IMG/VR virus record: IMGVR_UViG_2734482565_000006
Reading direction: 5' to 3' (one strand)
Origin: a virus
Lineage: Duplodnaviria; Heunggongvirae; Uroviricota; Caudoviricetes
DNA: 38,835 bases
The position numbers and the translations under genes were made by a program. Below the pieces are notes generated by a model that was not told the origin of the DNA, ran no database searches, and saw nothing but the letters and a program-made list of their open reading frames with translations. Of the stretch, positions 35,472 to 38,835 are shown in pieces (the first letter of the stretch is position 1; each line of letters starts with the position of its first letter).

Positions 35472-37559
35472 TCAGGCCAGCGGATCACTTTCTTTTAATT
35501 TCGCTTCGAGCAGTTGCAATCCCCGCTGGAAATTACGCTCGTATTCTTCATCAGGTTCATCGTCAGCGACCGGTTGCTGAACGGTCACCGTATTACCCAC
35601 AGGGCGGTATATGTTTTCCAGCCAGGGCTCCTGCGGCTTGTGCTCCAGCACGTTGACAACCTCATCCTCGGCATCACGGATTTTTTCCTCTGCGCGTTTA
35701 CGCATGCCTTTAAGGCGCTGCTGCTGTTTGTAGTATTCCGCGCTGACAGGGAAGGCTTCGCGTTTATTGCCGTCCCATACCGCCTCGCAAATCACGCTGC
35801 CATCCGGGCGGCGCACGGTAATTCGTTCGGCATCATGAATGTCATAGCTGATAAGTACCTTACGGCCATGCTCGTCACGCAGCTCGGGCGCGTAGTAAAT
35901 ATTATTCAGCCAGCGTATTTCACAGCGTCTTACAGGGCGCTCCACCATCGGCCGGAACATATCCCGCAGTTCAACATCGGACAGCCATTCAATTTCCGTG
36001 TCCTCTTCCGCCAGGCGTTTTTTTCTGAACTCCGCCGGGCTGTAATGTTTACCGTTCGGCTTCATGGGTAATTCATCGTGCGGCCGGTTGTTGTACCACT
36101 CAACACCGTCACGAATGGCATCAATCAGTTCAGACCAGGACGGTAAATCACGCATCGCTGACTGCTGCCGGGCGTTCAGCCGTTTGCCCTGTTGCAGGGC
36201 ACTGAATGCCGAGCGTAAATCGCGGTTGGTTTTACGTAACGTCTCGCGATCTGCTCCTTTCCCGAAATAGGTGCGGTATTTACGGGCTATGCGCATCGGT
36301 AATGTGCGGTTAAGCCGTTCGATAATGCCCCGTCCCTGCGGATTACCGGCAATCCCTGTCGGGTGATTAATCCCCAGTCGTGGCAGTATCCCCACAATCT
36401 CCTTATCCAGGACGTCGGCGGTTTCCCCGGAGCCATTATCCGAGTAATACAGAAACGGTTTGCCATGATGGCGAATACCGTGCTGTATGGCACCGGCTAC
36501 GGCGAAAACATTTTCAGCCAGGTCAAGGCTCCAGCCCACCACAAAGCGCGTGCCACCGTCGATAACAAAGGTCACTTCCGGTGCGAATGGCCGCCCGTGA
36601 ACCGGGTGCGCGCATTTCAGCTTCATGCCGTGACCGTCACCAATCCAGACATAATTCACCGGCATTCTGGACCAGTCGCGGCGCGTGAATCCCTCAAGCT
36701 GACGGTATTCACTGCCAGTTACCCGGCCTTTTTGTTTCACCACTTCCGGCAGTTTCTTCATTGCGCGGCGAATGGTGTCATAAGAGGGCATGATATCGAG
36801 CATATAAGGCTCATCAGCGTGCCGGTGCTGCCATTCAGCAACAAAATCCTCGTAAGCCTCGGTCATTGGTCGGCCGTTTGACTGGCGATACTGCGCCAGA
36901 AATTCGGGCAGCCAGTTAATATCTTCGGCTTTTATTTCCTGGCGTTTACCCGGTGCCAGTAAAAGCAGGCGTTCAGCGGCGTTCTGTGCCTTGTTAAAGG
37001 CCGCAATCCAGCGTTTCAGCGTGATTTCACTCAACGCGCGGCTGTTTCCCTTTTTGGCGTTCGCCGTCTCAACCATTGCCACAATGCGCTCGTCCAGTTG
37101 TGATCGTGCCAGGCTGTTAACGAGGAACCGGATAGCTTTAGCGCAGCTGAAACCGGGTTGTTGCGTGAATTTCAGCACCTCACTGACGATCGCAATGCGT
37201 GCGTCTGCCACCTGGCGCTGGTTTTCAGTCAGGGCATTGAGGCGTTCGACCATCAGTTGTGGTGATCCGCGATATGCCTCCACCGCATCAACCACGGCAG
37301 ACGAGCGTCTGGCCTTTGTCACCACCGGAGCCGGTGATTCATCGGCTTTTTGCGTCATCAGTTGCAGGGCATAACGTTCGCGTAATGCCTGCTGTGTCAC
37401 TTCAGGTAAACAGTCAATGCTGTATTCAAAACCTTTAGCGCCTTTCTTGCGGCGTCTGCTGGTTTCGCTGGTTGCATACTTCCTGATTGAATAGCGAACG
37501 CCTTGCTCCGTTCCCGGCATCCCCGGTAATCCAACCAGTTCTTTAACTGAAGCAAACAT
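35472..37559 (-). CDS. A: DDE transposase A (MuA-like)
   Basis: 695 aa; N-terminal Mu-type DNA-binding domain (LVGLPGMPGTEQGVRYSIRK...KKGAKGFEYSIDCLPE); follows ner by 3 bp. Confidence 0.95.
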   Translation of the reverse strand: MFASVKELVGLPGMPGTEQGVRYSIRKYATSETSRRRKKGAKGFEYSIDCLPEVTQQALRERYALQLMTQKADESPAPVVTKARRSSAVVDAVEAYRGSPQLMVERLNALTENQRQVADARIAIVSEVLKFTQQPGFSCAKAIRFLVNSLARSQLDERIVAMVETANAKKGNSRALSEITLKRWIAAFNKAQNAAERLLLLAPGKRQEIKAEDINWLPEFLAQYRQSNGRPMTEAYEDFVAEWQHRHADEPYMLDIMPSYDTIRRAMKKLPEVVKQKGRVTGSEYRQLEGFTRRDWSRMPVNYVWIGDGHGMKLKCAHPVHGRPFAPEVTFVIDGGTRFVVGWSLDLAENVFAVAGAIQHGIRHHGKPFLYYSDNGSGETADVLDKEIVGILPRLGINHPTGIAGNPQGRGIIERLNRTLPMRIARKYRTYFGKGADRETLRKTNRDLRSAFSALQQGKRLNARQQSAMRDLPSWSELIDAIRDGVEWYNNRPHDELPMKPNGKHYSPAEFRKKRLAEEDTEIEWLSDVELRDMFRPMVERPVRRCEIRWLNNIYYAPELRDEHGRKVLISYDIHDAERITVRRPDGSVICEAVWDGNKREAFPVSAEYYKQQQRLKGMRKRAEEKIRDAEDEVVNVLEHKPQEPWLENIYRPVGNTVTVQQPVADDEPDEEYERNFQRGLQLLEAKLKESDPLA

Positions 37560-37561
37560 AA

Positions 37562-37792
37562 TTACGCGACCTTACGAATGTAGCGGCTGGGCCAAATCTC
37601 CTCGGGCGGCACCCCCAGGCATTCCGCGATAATCCCCTCATACTTGGGAACATGGCGGTATACCGCGTTGTACAGATTGTTCTGACCCACGCCAGCTTTA
37701 CGGGCCAGCGCCCTCATGCTTCCTTCTCTGGCTCTGACTTCCCCCAAAATTCTTTGAGGATGCCAATCAGGCTTAACTTCATTTCTCGCCAT
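37562..37792 (-). CDS. ner: Ner-like DNA-binding regulator
   Basis: 76 aa; DWHPQRILGEVRAREGSMRALARKAGVGQNNLYNAV...EEIWPSRY matches the Mu Ner pattern (DWHRADVIAGLKKRKLSLSALSRQFGYAPTTLANAL...EVIWPSRY). Confidence 0.85.
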   Translation of the reverse strand: MARNEVKPDWHPQRILGEVRAREGSMRALARKAGVGQNNLYNAVYRHVPKYEGIIAECLGVPPEEIWPSRYIRKVA

Positions 37793-37977
37793 GATTCATC
37801 TATCCTAAAAAGTTACGAAATTTGATAACTAAACTTAGTTATCAAGTTTGATATAAGTATTGATCCACTTCTGCTTCATGTAAAGCAAAAAAAACATCTT
37901 TCTTTTGTCTATTGTGGATCAATGGTTGCTGACAACACTAAAAGTTAATAATTTCAAATTGATAGGAAGAAAAGAAA
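37793..37977. promoter_or_regulatory. divergent early/repressor promoter-operator region
   Basis: AT-rich 185-bp gap between ner (-) and the repressor (+). Perfect palindrome TTGATAACTAA-ac-TTAGTTATCAA at 37822..37845; inverted repeat ATTGATCCAC (37859..37868) / GTGGATCAAT (37914..37923). Confidence 0.5.
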
Positions 37978-38523
37978 ATGAACAAGCAAACAACAACATC
38001 TCTTTCTTTTCCTGGTGGTAGAAAAGAAAGCATTGCTGAGCGTCTGAAAAGGCTGATTGGCTCCCGCAGCGTCAGAGCTGCAGCAAGAGATTGGGGGCTT
38101 TCATTTTCAACACTAAACAATTATCTGTCTCGTGGCACTGAGCCATCCTTAAGTGTCGCCCTTCAGATTGCGTCTATCGAAGGAGTAAGTGTTGAGTGGC
38201 TATGTGGATTCAGTGATGCATCACAAGTGAATCGGTGTGAGATCAAGGAAAATCAAGATGAAAGCAAGAAGATAATTATGACGATTATCAGCGCACTTGA
38301 TGAAAAAGACTTAGAGCAGCTATCGAAAAATTTGGTTCTGAATGGAGCCAAGTACTTAGCTCGGTTGTTAGAGCCTGAAAATCAAGATCTAATCCGCTTA
38401 GAAGGAAGGAAAAGAATAGCTGCATTACAGCTTGAAGGTATGTCTGACGAACGCGTCAGAGAGATTTTGGAAGAAACTGAGAGAAGTCGCAAATCTAACG
38501 CGGTAGAACCAAAAGCGGGTTAA
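37978..38523 (+). CDS. prophage repressor (XRE/CI-type HTH, no peptidase domain)
   Basis: 181 aa, divergent from ner-A-B next to attL. N-terminal RDWGLSFSTLNNYLSRGTEPSLSVALQIASIEGVSVEWL has an XRE-family HTH pattern; it lacks the MuA-like motif. Confidence 0.65.
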   Translation: MNKQTTTSLSFPGGRKESIAERLKRLIGSRSVRAAARDWGLSFSTLNNYLSRGTEPSLSVALQIASIEGVSVEWLCGFSDASQVNRCEIKENQDESKKIIMTIISALDEKDLEQLSKNLVLNGAKYLARLLEPENQDLIRLEGRKRIAALQLEGMSDERVREILEETERSRKSNAVEPKAG

Positions 38524-38597
38524 TAGCATTAGCCCGCATTTTGCACTATATCGAGTATTTCGCATTGTTTGGAACGCCTTAAAAGACTAAAACCACA

Positions 38598-38752
38598 GTA
38601 TCAAATGAGTTGCCGATTTTATAATAAATGACTAATTATTGCACAATCGGTATCAAATAGACCTTATCCGCACATCTAGCCATCACCTGTTTTATTTCAG
38701 TATCTTACAGGTGATTTCACCTCCTTTCACTAAACCCCTTGTCGGTATCAAA
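38598..38752. repeat. attL-side array of three dispersed putative transposase-binding repeats (reverse complement of TTTGATACCGA)
   Basis: AGTATCAAA 38598..38606, CGGTATCAAA 38648..38657, TCGGTATCAAA 38742..38752. The wide spacing (51 and 95 bp) contrasts with the contiguous sites at the other end. Confidence 0.55.
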
Positions 38753-38756
38753 TGAT

Positions 38757-38835
38757 TCACCTGGTTATATGTCGCCAGTCGATACCTTCCAGCAGCATCG
38801 CCAGCTGCGCCTGTGTAAGGAACACTTTGCCATCA
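38757..38835 (-). CDS. interrupted host gene, 5' portion, now terminating inside the prophage end
   Basis: Minus-strand frame ...DGKVFLTQAQLAMLL (host, 38835..38792) continues as EGIDWRHITR and stops at TGA 38757..38759 inside the prophage; the original C-terminus TSLTML is at 153..180. Confidence 0.4.
   Translation of the reverse strand, partial: DGKVFLTQAQLAMLLEGIDWRHITR

Larger units (their letters stand above)
181..38791 (-). mobile_element. Mu-like transposable prophage (Myoviridae-type, Mu gene order)
   Basis: Collinear Mu gene set (repressor, ner, A, B, gam, gemA, mor, lys, terminase, portal, F, G, I, T, sheath, tube, tape measure, baseplate, tail fibre, gin, com, mom), no tyrosine integrase, terminal repeat arrays at both ends, flanking direct repeat GCAGC at 176..180 and 38792..38796. 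Confidence 0.85.

Noticed and set aside
181-38791. Tyrosine or serine integrase with an attP-type site, as expected for a site-specific prophage
   Set aside because: None is present. The only serine recombinase is the 190-aa Gin invertase next to an invertible segment; integration is explained by the DDE transposase, B protein and terminal repeats.

Overview
The window is almost entirely one Mu-like transposable prophage (about 38.6 kb, roughly 181..38791) lying in reverse orientation. At the high-coordinate end are a + strand repressor and ner-A-B; then a semi-essential early region (gam, gemA, one Mor/C-family activator and about 15 small ORFs), a SAR-endolysin/Rz/Rz1 lysis module, Mu-type head genes (TerS, TerL, portal, F, G, I, T), contractile-tail genes (sheath, tube, tape measure, baseplate, tail fibre), a Gin invertase with a small invertible tail-fibre segment, and com-mom at the low-coordinate end. 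The element sits inside a host ORF and is flanked by a CAGCAGC direct repeat that contains the expected 5-bp target duplication. Non-Mu cargo includes a 684-aa SGNH (sialate-O-acetylesterase-like) protein with two small genes between gin and mom, and several AT-rich small-gene islands. The points most worth follow-up are the asymmetric minimal invertible segment, the esterase moron, a small ORF between the terminase subunits that copies the TerS C-terminal tail, an XRE-type repressor paired with a Mu-type transposase, a possible +1 recoding site or small ORF between the tail chaperone and tape measure, and an apparent CG rather than TG terminus at attR. All calls rest on reading the supplied translations and DNA by eye; no database search or alignment was run, and family assignments are from recalled motifs.
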